A stretch of 64,000 nt of DNA from the NCBI RefSeq assembly GCF_006345805.1, contig NC_043001.1:65224001-65288000 (forward strand), given 5' to 3'. The DNA is from Octopus sinensis. Lineage: Eukaryota. A model generated the notes under the pieces. That model did not search any database. It saw nothing but the letters and a program-made list of their open reading frames with translations, and was not told where the DNA came from. Shown here piece by piece: positions 12,860 to 25,937 of this stretch. Position 1 is the stretch's first letter. Each line of letters opens with the position of its first letter. The translations under genes and the position numbers were made by a program.

Positions 12860-13471
12860 TGTAGTGATCCTACAACGGCGCGCGCTCGCGCACCGTCCAT
12901 TTGTATTTCGCGTGTGTTGGTGCCTTTACCAAGGCAGTGAGAGGAAGGGCCCTCTCGCGCATGCGCGAACCACCGGAAGCACGACCCGCTTGCCTACGTA
13001 GCAGTTAGCGAGGCAAGGGGCCGTAGAACGTTTGACCACTAGCAGCAGCAAGCGGCGACTTGGGACCCAGCGATTGAAGGCGGCGGTCAGGCATATTTTC
13101 TCTCCGTTCGAACTAGCTTCTAGCAGTCCTTACCAAAAGGGGCTTTAACCAAATTGTTGCAGACCAACATCGTCTCCATTGTTCGACGCCATCTTGAATC
13201 CGTTTCTGTTTTTGGGCTGAATATTGTAAATATTACAATCTATTAACTTTCAGCCTTGCGCGCCCAGAACCAGGGACATCAGATAACACACTTATTGTTA
13301 TTGTTTACCAAGAAAGAGAATAAAGTAGTTATATGTATATTTTACGTCTGCGTCTTGTTGTTTCTGACTAGTGGAATTCTGGATTATTAAAGCAACGGCT
13401 AGTGAGAGTGATTGCTTTGTGCACCCCAAAAGTGCACGAAGATATTCACATCACTCACTAAGTTCGTTTCA
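12860..13471 (+). repeat. 3' LTR (about 612 bp)
   Basis: Starts TGTAGTG after the PPT, has AATAAA at 13319-13324 and ends TTTCA; the 3' boundary is inferred from the TSD. Confidence 0.75.
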
Positions 13472-13881
13472 CATACATACATACACACACATATACCCAA
13501 ACACACATATACATACATATACATTCCTACATCAACATATACAAATACTTACAAAATTAACTCTGTAAATAGGTTTAGGTCTACAATTAAACAAATAAGC
13601 TATATATGAGTTAAATAAATATATACCTAACATTTTTATTAAATAAGTAAACAAAACGAAAATTTATCCATATCCACAAGCATACTAGTAAAGACACATT
13701 CAATTCTCTATATGTACCACTATTCGACAAACACACATATCTATACATAACCACACATAACACAAATTTACACATACACACACATACACATGCATATATA
13801 AATATACCCATACATCCACATGCATAAACTATTACCTACATATATTATAATATATTCTTCCACATATTATTATAAATATAT

Positions 13882-13919
<38 letters not shown>

Positions 13920-14256
13920 CACACACACACACATATATATATATTCTCCAAGAGTCCTTATATACATACATTTACATACAAATATACATATTCAGATACA
14001 TATTTACATATTACCCCACTCATACAGATACACAGCCACACACACACACATATATATATATGCACGCACATATTCACATACACATGCATATACATATATC
14101 CATATGTATATCTATATACATACATATACACACACATGCAAGGGTAAATATATACAACTGTACATATTTGTATGTACAGATAACCACACATGTAATTATA
14201 TATCCTAATTTAAATATATAAAAACCCATATCTACATAAGTACAAGCTAGACTAAA

Positions 14257-14312
<56 letters not shown>

Positions 14313-14509
14313 CATGTACATACATACACACATATCCATATATACATACATATACATACACATGCATACATACATACACACACATATACATACCATCACA
14401 TACACATATATACACGATGATCCATCAAAGAACAATAATTGAAAACCTACACATACATGTACATATATATGCATAAAAATACATAAATAAATCTACATAT
14501 ACAAAACGA

Positions 14510-15085
14510 TGTAGGAGTGAAGAGAAGTAGGAGTCGGAGAGGAGGTTAGATGAAAGGGGGGGAGAGTTGAGCCCAAATGGCGTAAAAGAGCGAAGAGAGA
14601 AGATTAATCCCTGTTCACGGCGCAAGCGGGAGTTCGGATGGCTTCTGTGCAAGGACAATCCGAACACAGACAGGTGTTGCAAGGAGTGACCGGTTGAGCG
14701 GAAATGGCGTGAGACTGGAGTGTCATTGCCGAGGCGGATGACTCCGAGGTGTTCCACGAACCGGTCAGCCAAGCGGCGTCCCGTTTGTCCGATGTACAGG
14801 GAATGGCAGAGAGAGCAGGAGGTGCAATAGATGATATTGCTTGAGGTGCAGGTGAAGGAGTCGATGATACGATAGGGTCGATGATGGGTGCCGGTGAGGA
14901 GAGTGGTGTTGGAGAGGTAAGGGCAAGTGCGACAGCTTGGGCGGGAGCAGGGGAACGAGCCAGGTTGGGAGGTAGGGTTGGGGAAGAAGCTGTGGACCAA
15001 GAGGTCTCCTAGGTTTTGGGCTCGTTTGAAGGAGGGGAGGGGTCGGTTAGGGAAGATGTGTGAAGTGGACGGGTCGGACTGGAGA
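14510..15085 (-). mobile_element. PLE 3' fragment (Neptune-type linker, zinc-finger and GIY-YIG endonuclease)
   Basis: FKRAQNLGDLLV..PGSFPCSRPSCRTC..FTCTSSNIIYC..C..LYIGQTGRRLADRFVEH..PVSRHF..EQGLIF..PFGLN; the clade label is by motif resemblance only. Confidence 0.88.
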
Positions 15086-15707
15086 TGCCACGTTTATACA
15101 TACATGCATACAAACAGACAGACAAGTGTACGTACATACATACACATACACACGTACGTACATACATACATAGGCACACGCGCACACACATACATACATG
15201 CAACAAAATCTCAAATAGACAAACAAATGTGCCCTTTATAACAGTCACTGAAAAGGTTGCAAGAAAAACAACAACAGAGCTTTGGCAAAAGAAAAAAAAA
15301 TCGGATATTTAATAAATGAATGGAATTGAACCAGTGTGGTAATTATATTGGCATGATGACTCTTCCAACAAAATTTGTTTCAACGCACGAATTCAAATAA
15401 AGAATATTGCAAACTAGACACAAAAACGAAACACACACACCCACACATTTATATATGTACGTTTGTGTATGTGTGTGTGTGCGTATGTGTGTGTGCGTGC
15501 GTGTGTGTGTCTATGTATGTATGTATGTATGTATGAGTCCGAGGAAGTTATATGATGTTGCACAAGCACTCGGCTCTGAACGTAATGCTTTTTATGGCAG
15601 AAACAGCTGTAAGCTAATGAAAAAGATAATGTAACACCTGTTCTTTTGTTATTCAGTGACATATATACACACAAACATACATACAAACACATATGTAATA
15701 TACTATG

Positions 15708-15741
<34 letters not shown>

Positions 15742-15775
15742 ATATAATATATATATATATACATATATAAAATTA

Positions 15776-16060
15776 GAAAAAACCCACCTTTTATCAATTC
15801 AAAATGAACAATTAAATTACACCATCTAGAAAATTACATATAATAGAAATATTAAAATAACAATAAAATGTCAATGATTAAGTAGATTGCAAAAAATAAT
15901 AATAAAAACGTATATAATTGGTAGAATAACGTTATTATTATTTTTTAGCAATTTACTTAATCATTGACATTTTATTGTTATTTTAATTTTAATATTTCTA
16001 TTATATGTAATTTTCTAGATGGTGTAATTCATTTTGAATTGATAAAAGGTGTTTTTTTTC
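15776..16060. repeat. AT-rich imperfect palindrome (arms about 135 bp, spacer about 17 bp) between (TA)n tracts
   Basis: 15776-15911 is the reverse complement of 15929-16060 with a few small indels. Confidence 0.85.
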
Positions 16061-16163
16061 AAATTTTTATATATATATATATATTATATTGTGTGAAATT
16101 TGAATAAGTATTTCTAAATTGAAGTTTTTGCTTGTAAGTTCTGGATTTTATTCCCTCAAATAA

Positions 16164-16206
<43 letters not shown>

Positions 16207-16269
16207 GTATATATATATATATATATGTATATACACACACACACACACACACGTATAATTACCTCTTAC

Positions 16270-17200
16270 CTATGAACGAATCTGCTGGAATTAGCAGCGA
16301 ACAAAGACCTGAAATCTTTATCAAATCGCACTCAGCCCCGCTCCTTTTTAAGGATACATTCGACAGTGTAGTCCTTAAGATGAGCATGGCTGGAGCGTCT
16401 TTGATCCTAAGTGACATGATGCTTAACAGCTGTTCCTTTAACTTACAAGTGATGCTGGTGTCTTTACAGATCGAAATGAAATACAACTGGGATTCGAAAT
16501 CTACTTAATCACGCTCTCTTACGCCTCTATATAATGTTTGAAAGGTTACAGTCTGTCTGTGTTTCTTTCAATAGGGAAGTGGTTGTAACTGAAGATTTTC
16601 TTTGGCAATTTCACCGAGACTCGAAGCTGGTTCGTAGCCTCGACACACCTGTCGTGACCATGTCATCTTTTAGTTTATCTATGACTAAAATGTATCATTC
16701 ACCCCGAGGGTGGATTCAACTGTAATTTCCAGCAGGTCCAGCGACCCTATACTCTGGATCCGTCATTTAATGTTGAGCATACCTTTTCTTGTATAGGGTC
16801 ACCACAACATGATACTCCAAGCACGACAGCTCAGTCATTATTTCGGACTTGATATATCTACTACTTTGAAGATAGTAAGGCTATGATCTGACGGAGATTT
16901 AACTTGTATTACTAGCATGTTGAGCGACCATCTAGAAACTCCTTCATTAGTTCAAGGCTGTTCAGTTTCAGTCCCCAATTGTAACTGTTTCACCCAATTT
17001 TGCACTTATAATGTTTGTAGAGGGGCATGATCATCACAGTTTCTGTCACTGCCCATTAAACGTGTTTACACAATCATGATATCTCCACAAAGGGGCGATA
17101 TATTTCCCAAGTTGTATTAAAAACTCAATTTCTGCCAACTTTGAACTGTCATCATCAAAACAAAAGTTCATCTATATCAAATTCGATACTGGGACACCCA
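16270..17200 (-). mobile_element. Possible highly degraded Tc1/mariner transposase remnant
   Basis: Only scattered resemblances in order (DDHAP..VQNWVKQLQLG, KKVCS, FH.D); no intact WVPHEL or YSPDL motif. Confidence 0.4.
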
Positions 17201-18544
17201 GTCTATGTACTGTAAAAGTGTCGTTTAATATAAATAAAAATTATCAATTAGAGGAAATATCTGGAATTAAATCACATTTATCTAAATGAATTATTTAAAA
17301 CAATACAATAGGCTTTTAAAGAATATTTTCTCTTTTTTTTTACCGAACGTAAATAAGCGAACTTGTATCAAAATGTAAACTCAAATGAAACAGAGAATAG
17401 CTCTTTAGTAGTAGTGGAGGTGGTGGTGGTGGTGACCTTTTAGTACTAGGTCTAGCAGGGTAGTTAGTTTTAAATGTTGTCCCTAAATTAGTGGTTGTCC
17501 AGCAACGACTTGTTTACTTCTAGTAAAATATAATTAATCAGTTGTGACTTCCTGGTTTGAATATTCCCTCTAGACCAATCTAAAATTACCCAAATTTCCC
17601 AACTTTAATTCCAAATAATCAGATTCGTAATCAAAATTCAGAGTTGCATCGATACACCAAAATTGAAAGCAATCTGAGCAAAATTAAAGGGGGTTCATTT
17701 TGTGAATAAGACTGACTAGATCCGATATCTGCAAAGGAGATCAAGGGGTTCGTCATCCCGATTGACTTAAGGAATTGGGGAAAGGATTACATAAGCAAAA
17801 ATATGAGTGGAAGAACTAAAATGGGATCTCATCTAGGCCGTACGCACACTCCTCTTATACAACATAAACTAATTTATAATTGCCAATGTGTGAGTTGGAC
17901 AATAAACAGAAGTAAAATCACTTTAGTTTTGTCACTTTTAAAATGATAAAGAACGGAATCTCACCTATTTCGTTGAAATATGCCGCAGTTAACGGGGTAC
18001 ACCCGAGTAATAGACAAGAGGTACAGAAAACACAAGTGAATATATCCATTTCGTATGGAAAATGTTTAAGAAATAAGGAAATGACGGTAACGTTCTTATC
18101 AATGTTTTTTACTTTACTACTTATATACCTTTGTACTACATAATTGTGCAATATATGTGTATGGAAGTGGGTGCGTGAGAAAGTGCGCAAATACACTCAC
18201 GGTTTTATTTCAGGCACGCAAGGTCAGTAAAATTATTGTTATCGGATTCGTCTAATGTCAAAAGAAAATTTTTTTCTTATGATACTAGGAGTACACGAAT
18301 GTAAAACATACATGTCAATATATCAAAATATATTTATTAGTACATATATTATGCGTGTCTATTAATTCTTAATATCTATCTATTTATTTCCAACTGCATC
18401 TTCGATTAGAAACTTACTTTTATTATTTTTTTTTTGCGTGTGTTTTAGCTGAAAAGTAGATTAAACTTTGAAGAAATCCGCTTAGCAGTTAATTGAAGCG
18501 GAACGACAGGTATCGGGCACTGAAACTCTGACAGGACCTGACAC

Positions 18545-18547
<3 letters not shown>

Positions 18548-18626
<79 letters not shown>

Positions 18627-18636
18627 TTATCTCTCT
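18548..18636. repeat. (TC)n microsatellite, target site upstream of Tx1 copy 1
   Basis: CT dinucleotide run with a short interruption, directly abutting the element 5' end. Confidence 0.95.
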
Positions 18637-18797
18637 GATCGGTCGTGTTATTCTTTGCTCCGCAGTGAAAGATTGTTTTTGTGCTGAAAATTGTGAAAAT
18701 TTGCTGTTTTGGTCGTCGAGGCCACTTCTTTTCTGCTGTTGCAGCAGAGCTTTGCTGTTCTTTCCCCCTTGTTTCAAGGGGGAAGTGACGAAAAGAC

Positions 18798-20413
18798 ATG
18801 AATTTGCAACCAGTCTCCTCCGAGTCGGAGGAAAACGTTGAAAATTTGTTTGAAGGCATGAAGGCGAAAATGCGGGAGGAGGAAGGTAGAAGTAAAGAGA
18901 CGTCTCACGCGAGCGTCACAAAAGCAGACGACAATATGTCTGGCGAAGTTAGTAAACGACAAGAAAAGGCAAAAATAAATTTTGCGAGTGCAGCAACTCG
19001 CCCCTGTGAAAATATAGTCATCAACAAGGAAGAATTAAAGAAATACCAAGGACTACTAAAAAAAGAAGGTGATAATGTGAAGTTGTTCCCTCCCAGTGAA
19101 TTGATTTACGCGACGGAGAGAAAAACTGTCATATACAAGACGTATAATGTCAAAAATAAGAAAATTGACTTCGTACAGAGAGAAGCCATTGAAAAATGTT
19201 TGAGGCCGATATGGCAACAAACTACATTTATAACAAGGGGTAGTCGCTTCGGCACGGTAGAGGTGCGTTTCCCTAGCGAAGAAATAGCTAGGGAACATTC
19301 AACAAGAACGTTGAAGTCGGAAGAGGTAGTTCTTTTACCATTTTATTTAGGAATGAGAACTAGTAGAATAACGGTTACGGACATTCCGCCCGAAATCGAG
19401 GTGGATTTTATAACAGCAGCGATTCTCTTAGGCAAAGAGGAAGAAATTGCCATTCTTCAGTCTAAAAGATATCGCCCCACAACCTGGTATGGACAGGACT
19501 TAGAGCTTGTGATCCAAGCGAACCCCTCGGACTTGGAAAAATTGCCAAGCTCCCTCACCATTGGAGATACCACCTTGATGGTAATAGTCGAGGGAAGAAA
19601 ACCGAGATGCTATAAATGTGGCGAGAAAGGCCACATACGGTCGAGCTGCAAGAAGACAGCGAAAGAAAATACTACAGAGGCAAGCACGACGCCGAAAACA
19701 ACTTCACCGCTAGAAATAGCAGCCACGTCGCGCACCCCAATTGCCGAAATTCAGCCGACAACGGGAGAAAACAACGACAACAACGATGACAACAACATCA
19801 ACAACATCCAGGAGTGGGTCAACGTGGAAGCTTCAAAAAGAAGACGGAAACGGAAAAATCCACCCTCTTCGGATACACAGGACTATACTCTGACACAGAC
19901 AAGCACACCCACACCCACAAATACAGTCGCAAACACACACGTAGCCAAAAAACACACACACTGGAAAAAGCACGCACAAACACTCACACACCTACCACAA
20001 GCACGCACACACCTACAGACACCCACGCTTCTACAAGCACACACACACCCACAAACACACACACACAGCCCCCTCCACAATCACCTAACAAAAAAAAAAG
20101 AAACACCTTCACGGCGATAAATAAAAACAATAACCCATTAAGGGAAAAAATTAATTTACTGAAATCGGCGAAAAAATATATCGCAACAGATATAAATAGT
20201 ATTATATCCGAAAATGTAGAATTTTATACGATAGATAACGAGGACTATTTTGAAATTAAAAAATCTTTTGCGGAGGACGTAGGCCCGTTACAGATGAACT
20301 TTTCAAGCCATCTGTACAGGCAATTCGCGAAAAAAATGACCTCGCAAAACACAACACTCACAGACAGAAAAGAGGAGGGTGAAACTACACCCTCTCTTCT
20401 GTTAAAACAGTAA
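18798..20413 (+). CDS. Tx1 copy 1 ORF1p (nucleic-acid binding, CYKCGEKGHIRSSC zinc knuckle), one apparent frameshift near 19950
   Basis: ORFs 18798-20120 and 19814-20413 join if one A is restored in the run that has 7 A in copies 2 and 3 but 6 here. Confidence 0.88.
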
Positions 20414-20432
20414 GTTTTAAACATTCGACTAA

Positions 20433-23400
20433 TTTTTCACATTCTCGTTTAAACTCGGTTGTATAAATATTCGCGGCCTGGGGTCGTATTGGAAGCAAGG
20501 CTACCTCCTTAACGACCTTAGGTCGCATCGTTTGGATGTAGTGGTAATTACCGAATCCAGACTGAGTGGGCTGCAGGCTTTTTCGCCCCTTCTAAACGGC
20601 TACGAGAAATACATTTCTCCCTGTCGACCTGGAGGGGGAGGAGGAGTGGCAGTGCTGGTCAGGAAAAACCTGGATTTAGAGATTAGAACTGTCTTTATAG
20701 ATCCGGAAGGCAGGTTGGTCGTTTTGGATGTGACGCACAGCAGTGGTAAAGTGTTCAGGCTGGTCGCTGTCTATGCTCCCTGCGAAGGAAAAGCCGGGCA
20801 GAAAGAGTATTTCAAAAGCCTAGAGAATTTTCTTGGCACGTCGAACACGTTAGTATTGCTAGGTGACTTCAACATAATTTGCGATGCAAGCGTAGATTAT
20901 GTTGGCTCAAGAAAAAATACGAGGGGATTACCTCACCTCAACGATATGCTAAGTCGTTTCGAATTGGCAGATAGATTCAGACTGGACCATCCAGACATTC
21001 CAGAGTGGACCTGGGCAAGAAACGACGGGTCGTCCAGATCTTATATCGATAGAATCATAACTAGAAGGAAAGATAAGAAAATACTTAGCTGTCCACAACA
21101 CCATATCGTCAGCTACAGCGATCACAAATTAGTGACCTGTACGTTCGACATAGATAGCATGTGTAGACGAGGTACCGGCTACTGGAAGCTAAACAAGTCA
21201 CTATTGGACTGTGAAGCCTACAGGAATCGGATTAAACAATTAGTAATGAGGGCGTTAACCGGATCCATTATCAACAATAAATGGTGGTACGCCCTGAAAA
21301 GAGCCATCAAATTTGAGTCAATTAGGTTTAGCAAAGAACTAGCTAGTGCTAGAAACAAAGTAGAAAAGGAACTAGTTAAGGCTATAGAGGAGGCAATGAG
21401 GTCAGGCTGTGCATCGAAAGTGTTAGCGGCGAGGTTAGCACTAGACCAACATCTCCAAGCTAAACATGAAGGGTGCATTATTAGGGCTAAGATCCGTGCA
21501 ATGAGACAGGAAGGGATCAACGCAGCCGGATGGGCCCGGGTGGTAGAGGGCCAGCGTGGCAACAACTCAACCATTCGATCCTTGACGGGCCCAAATGGTC
21601 GATTAGTAAACGAACCCGAGGAGATGTGCAAGGTGTTTCATGATCATTTCGCCCAGCTATTCGGGAGGAGCGGCGAGCTGGAGCGCGGGGAGAAGCTCGC
21701 AGACTTCCTAGCCGGTTCGCCGCGTCTATCGGGGCCGGACGCGGAATCTTGTGAGGCGCCGATCACAGCCAAAGAAGTCGAGGATATGTTGGCAGAATGC
21801 GGCGGGGACAAATCGCCGGGACTCGATGGTCTGCCTTACGAACTCTATAGTAGCATGCCAGACTTGTTTGGGCACCTACTTGCATGCGTGTACACCAACT
21901 GGCAGCAGAACGGGAGAATTCCTAAGTCTGTGAGCCGAGGGGTGGTAGCGCTGTTAAGAAAGGACCCAAACAAGGGGGATTTAATTGATAATTTCCGGCC
22001 TATCACTCTGCTTAACGCAGAGTTGAAGATCTTGGCCAAGGTCTTAGCAAAAAGGTTGGCGAGGGTCGTGGGTGAACTTGTTGGCGAGGCGCAAACTTGC
22101 GCCATCCCTTGAAGGACCATCCACGACAATCTCCACTTTCTACGCTATGCCTTAGAAAGGGTAAATAGGATTCCTGGCAAGGGTGGGGCAATGGTCCACT
22201 TGGACCAATCGAAAGCGTTTGATAGGGTGGACCATCAGTATCTGGCGGCGGTCCTCGCGGCGGCTGGCTTCGGCCCGACCTTCCGCGGATGGATCATCGC
22301 TTTATACAGCAACATCGAATCGGTAGTTCGGGTAAATGGTTTCCTTTCGGAGCCGTTCAGCATTGAACGTTCGGTACGTCAAGGGTGTCCTCTCTCCCCG
22401 CTTCTCTACGTTTTGGCCCTCGAGCCGTTGCTGAGGAGGTTGGAAACTATGAGAGGCACCCCGCAAGATCTAGGGTGCGGAAAGTCAGCTTCGGCGTATG
22501 CGGACGACATCACCGTCATCGTTTCCCGAGTCGAGCACCTACAGTGGGTGGGTGAGGCCTTAAGGGACTACGAAGCGGTGGCAGGAGCGAAAGTCAACCG
22601 GGATAAATCGGTCGGCTTGCAACTCGGCACCTGGAGGGGCAAGTCGATGTCTTCCGACAGCGTCGTAGGACGTTGGACGGAAGGACCGGTGAAAATGCTT
22701 GGGATCTGGTTAGGTCCAGATCTCCAGATAGAGAAGAATTGGAGCGAGGTGGCGAGAAAGGTGGCTCTCCTAACTCAGACATGGTCTGAACGGAATCTGT
22801 CCTTGAAAGGGAAGGCGGAGGTTGCAGAAGTGTTTATCGCCTCTGTAATCACTTACCGCCTAACCGTAGTGCCTTGCCCCGATTCGTGGCTGAACAAACT
22901 GGAACGCATGCTCTTTCGCTTTTTGTGGAGGGGCAGCAGACCTCTTGTAAGGCGCTCTATTTGCTGCCAAAAGCCGCTGAACGGTGGGTTAGGGATGCCG
23001 TGGCTAAAAATGCGCAGACATGCGCTCAGGCTTAGGCACCTCTGGATTTACCTGGACGGTGAGCAGGTGTGGTCTCCGTTTGTCAAGCTGTTATTTCCAC
23101 AGTTCACATCGTTTAACGAACTGAACCCATGGATCAAGTGTAGACCGAGGTTGGGCATGTGGCATGCAGAGTGCTATCAGGCACTCGTGCTTCTCTCCCA
23201 GTCGGGCAACGCCGGTGGCGGGGCTACTACCGCTTTCTTCTATAGAGGGTTAGTAGAGTTTAAGTGTGACGACGTCCTAGGAGAAACTCTGGGCTTCGAC
23301 GAAAATCAACTGGCCAGCCTGTTCCAAAGAACATTCGGTCCGGGGCCTATGGATAATTACCAAAAGTCCCTGGCCTGGCAATGTTACAGAGGAGCTTTGC

Positions 23401-23849
23401 CGGTTCGAGATAAGCTCTTTAGACATGGGTGTGCACCTTCGCCGGTTTGTGCAAGATGTAAGAGGGACAGTGAAACTGTTCTGCACGCGATTGTGCAATG
23501 CCCCAAGGTGACTGAACTCTGGACTTATGTCGAACACCTGCTGTCGCATTCGAGAAGAGTACAACTGTCGAGCGAATCTGTAATTAAGATAGTTCCGCCG
23601 ACCTTCCTGAATAGGGAGGAGCGAGCCTGTTTTCTTTCGGTAGTTGCTATGGCGAAAGAAGTAGTGTGGAAGACGAGAGTAAAAGGAATTGCAACAGGAA
23701 TGTTTATCTCCAGTCTCGAGCTAATCGACTTTTTCGTTTTCCACATGAAACGGAAAATAAGGCTGGAGAAGAAATGCCTGTCGCAAAGTGTGTTTCGTAA
23801 AAGATGGAAGTCTATAGCAAGTATGTTGCGAGTGAAAGAACCTATTTAA
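20433..23849 (+). CDS. Tx1 copy 1 ORF2p (APE endonuclease, RT, C-terminal Cys/His finger) with an in-frame TGA at 22110-22112
   Basis: INIRGL, ITES, GDFN, YIDRI, SDH (APE); KSPGLDG, FRPITLLN, DQSKAFD, QGCPLSP, YADD (RT); CARC..ETVLH..QC. Copy 2 has GGA where copy 1 has TGA. Confidence 0.93.
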
Positions 23850-24063
23850 TCGAGAATGTAAAAAAGGATAAAGCAAAGTCTTCAGTGTGAGTATGTGGTT
23901 TGTGGGGTCGACCGCGTCCTCCCCTTCATTTTTTGTTAATCACTCATTCTCATTTAATTGTATATATATTAATTGTTTGTTTATTCATGTTTCGTCTCAT
24001 TCGATACCCTGACCCCAACGTTTGTTTTGTCCCCTCTTTTTCTCAACCTTATGGTGAATAAAG

Positions 24064-24068
<5 letters not shown>

Positions 24069-24156
<88 letters not shown>
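24069..24156. repeat. (TC)n microsatellite between Tx1 copies 1 and 2
   Basis: Seen directly. Confidence 0.95.
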
Positions 24157-24159
<3 letters not shown>

Positions 24160-24317
24160 CGGTCGTGTTATTCTTTGCTCCGCAGTGAAAGATTGTTTTT
24201 GTGCTGAAAAGTTTGAAAATTTGCTGTTTTGGTCGTCGAGGCCACTTCTTTTCTGCTGTTGCAGCAGAGTTCTGCTGTTCTTTCCCCCTTGTTTCAAGGG
24301 GGAAGTGACGAAAAGAC

Positions 24318-25918
24318 ATGAATTTACAACCAGTCTCCTCCGAGTCGGAGGAAAACGTTGAAAATTTGTTTGAAGGCATGAAGGCGAAAATGCGGGAGGA
24401 GGAAGGTAGAAGTAAAGAGACGTCTCACGCGAGCGTTACAAAAGCAGACGACAATATGTCTGGCGAAGCTAGTAAACGACAAGAGAAGGCAAAAGTAAAT
24501 TTTGCGAGTGCAGCAACTCGCCCCTGTGAAAATATAGTCATCAACAAGGAAGAATTAAAGAAATACCAAGGACTACTAAAAAAAGAAGGTGATAATGTGA
24601 AGTTGTTCCCTCCCAGTGAATTGATTTACGCGACGGAGAGAAAAACTGTCATATACAAGACGTATAATGTAAAAAATAAGAAATTGACTTCGTACAGAGA
24701 GAAGCCATTGAAAAATGTTTGAGGCCGATATGGCAACAAACTACGTTTATAACAAGGGGTAGTCGCTTCGGCACGGTAGAGGTGCGTTTCCCTAGCGAAG
24801 AAATAGCTAGGGAACATTCAACAAGAACGTTGAAGTCAGAAGAGGTAGTTCTTTTACCATTTTATTTAGGAATGAGAACTAGCAGAATAACAGTTACGGA
24901 CATTCCGCCCGAAATAGATGTGGACTTCATAACAGCAGCGATTCTCTTAGGCAAAGAGGAAGAAATTGCCATTCTTCAGTCTAAAAGATGTCGCCCCACA
25001 ACCTGGTATGGACAGGACTTAGAGCTTGTGATCCAAGAGAACCCCTCGGACTTGGAAAAATTGCCAAGCTCCCTCACCATTGGAGATAATACCACCTTGA
25101 TGGTAATAGTCGAGGGAAGAAAACCGAGGTGCTATAAATGTGGCGAGAAAGGCCACATAAGGTCGAGATGCAAGAAGACAGCGAAAGAAAATACTACAGA
25201 GGCAAGCACGACGCCGAAAACAACTTCACCGCTAGAAATAGCAGCCACGTCGCGCACCCCAATTGCCGAAATTCAGCCGACAACGGGAGAAAACAACGAC
25301 AACAACGATGACAACAACAACAACAACATCCAGGAGTGGGTCAACGTGGAAGCTTCAAAAAGAAGACGGAAACGGAAAAATCCACCCTCTTCGGATACAC
25401 AGGACTATACTCTGACACAGACAAGCACACCCACACCCACAAATACAGTCGCAAACACACACGTAGCCAAAAAAACACACACACTAGGAAAAGCACACAC
25501 CTACCACAAGCACGCACACACCTACAAACACCCACGCTTCTACAAGCACACACACACCCACAAACACACACAGCCCCCTCCACAATCACCTAACAAAAAA
25601 AAAAGAAACACCTTTACGGCGATAAATAAAAACAATAACCTATTAAGGGAAAAAATTAATTTACTGAAATCGGCGAAAAAATATATCGCAACAGATATAA
25701 ATAGTATTATATCTGAAAATGTAGAATTTTATACGATAGATAGCGCGGATTATTTTGAAATTAAAAAATCTTTTGCGGAGGACGTAGGCCCGTTACAGAT
25801 GAACTTTTCAAGCCATCTGTACAAGCAATTCGCAAAAAAACTGACCTCGCAAAACACAACACTCACAGACAGAAGAGATGAGGGTGAAACTATACCCTCT
25901 CTTCTGTTAAAACAGTAA
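24318..25918 (+). CDS. Tx1 copy 2 ORF1p, one apparent frameshift near 24680
   Basis: ORFs 24318-24722 and 24719-25918; aagaaattgac vs aagaaaattgac in copy 1 (homopolymer loss). Confidence 0.88.
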
Positions 25919-25937
25919 GTTTTAAACATTCGACTAA

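Larger units (their letters stand above)
11083..13471 (+). mobile_element. Non-coding / internally deleted LTR retroelement
   Basis: TG...CA termini; candidate 4-bp TSD CATA (11079-11082, 13472-13475; weak because it lies in TACA repeats); purine tract ggaggggagcc just before 12860; no long internal ORF. Confidence 0.75.
18637..24068 (+). mobile_element. L1/Tx1-clade non-LTR retrotransposon, copy 1 (full length)
   Basis: 5' end gatcggtcgtg; ORF1 with CCHC knuckle; ORF2 APE-RT-Cys/His finger; 3' end AATAAAgaaata directly followed by (CT)n with no poly(A). Confidence 0.95.

Noticed and set aside
17918-18196. Overlapping 66-92 aa ORFs upstream of the Tx1 array
   Set aside because: No recognisable domain; length is compatible with chance.
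20410-20494. GTAAGT donor, CTAAT branch-like motif and pyrimidine tract at the ORF1/ORF2 boundary as an intron fusing the ORFs
   Set aside because: Splicing to the first downstream AG would be out of frame and would delete the INIRGL endonuclease motif.
21218-23746. Antisense and alternative-frame ORFs recurring in all Tx1 ORF2 copies
   Set aside because: They recur only because the copies are near-identical; they are shadows of a GC-balanced coding sequence with no motifs.
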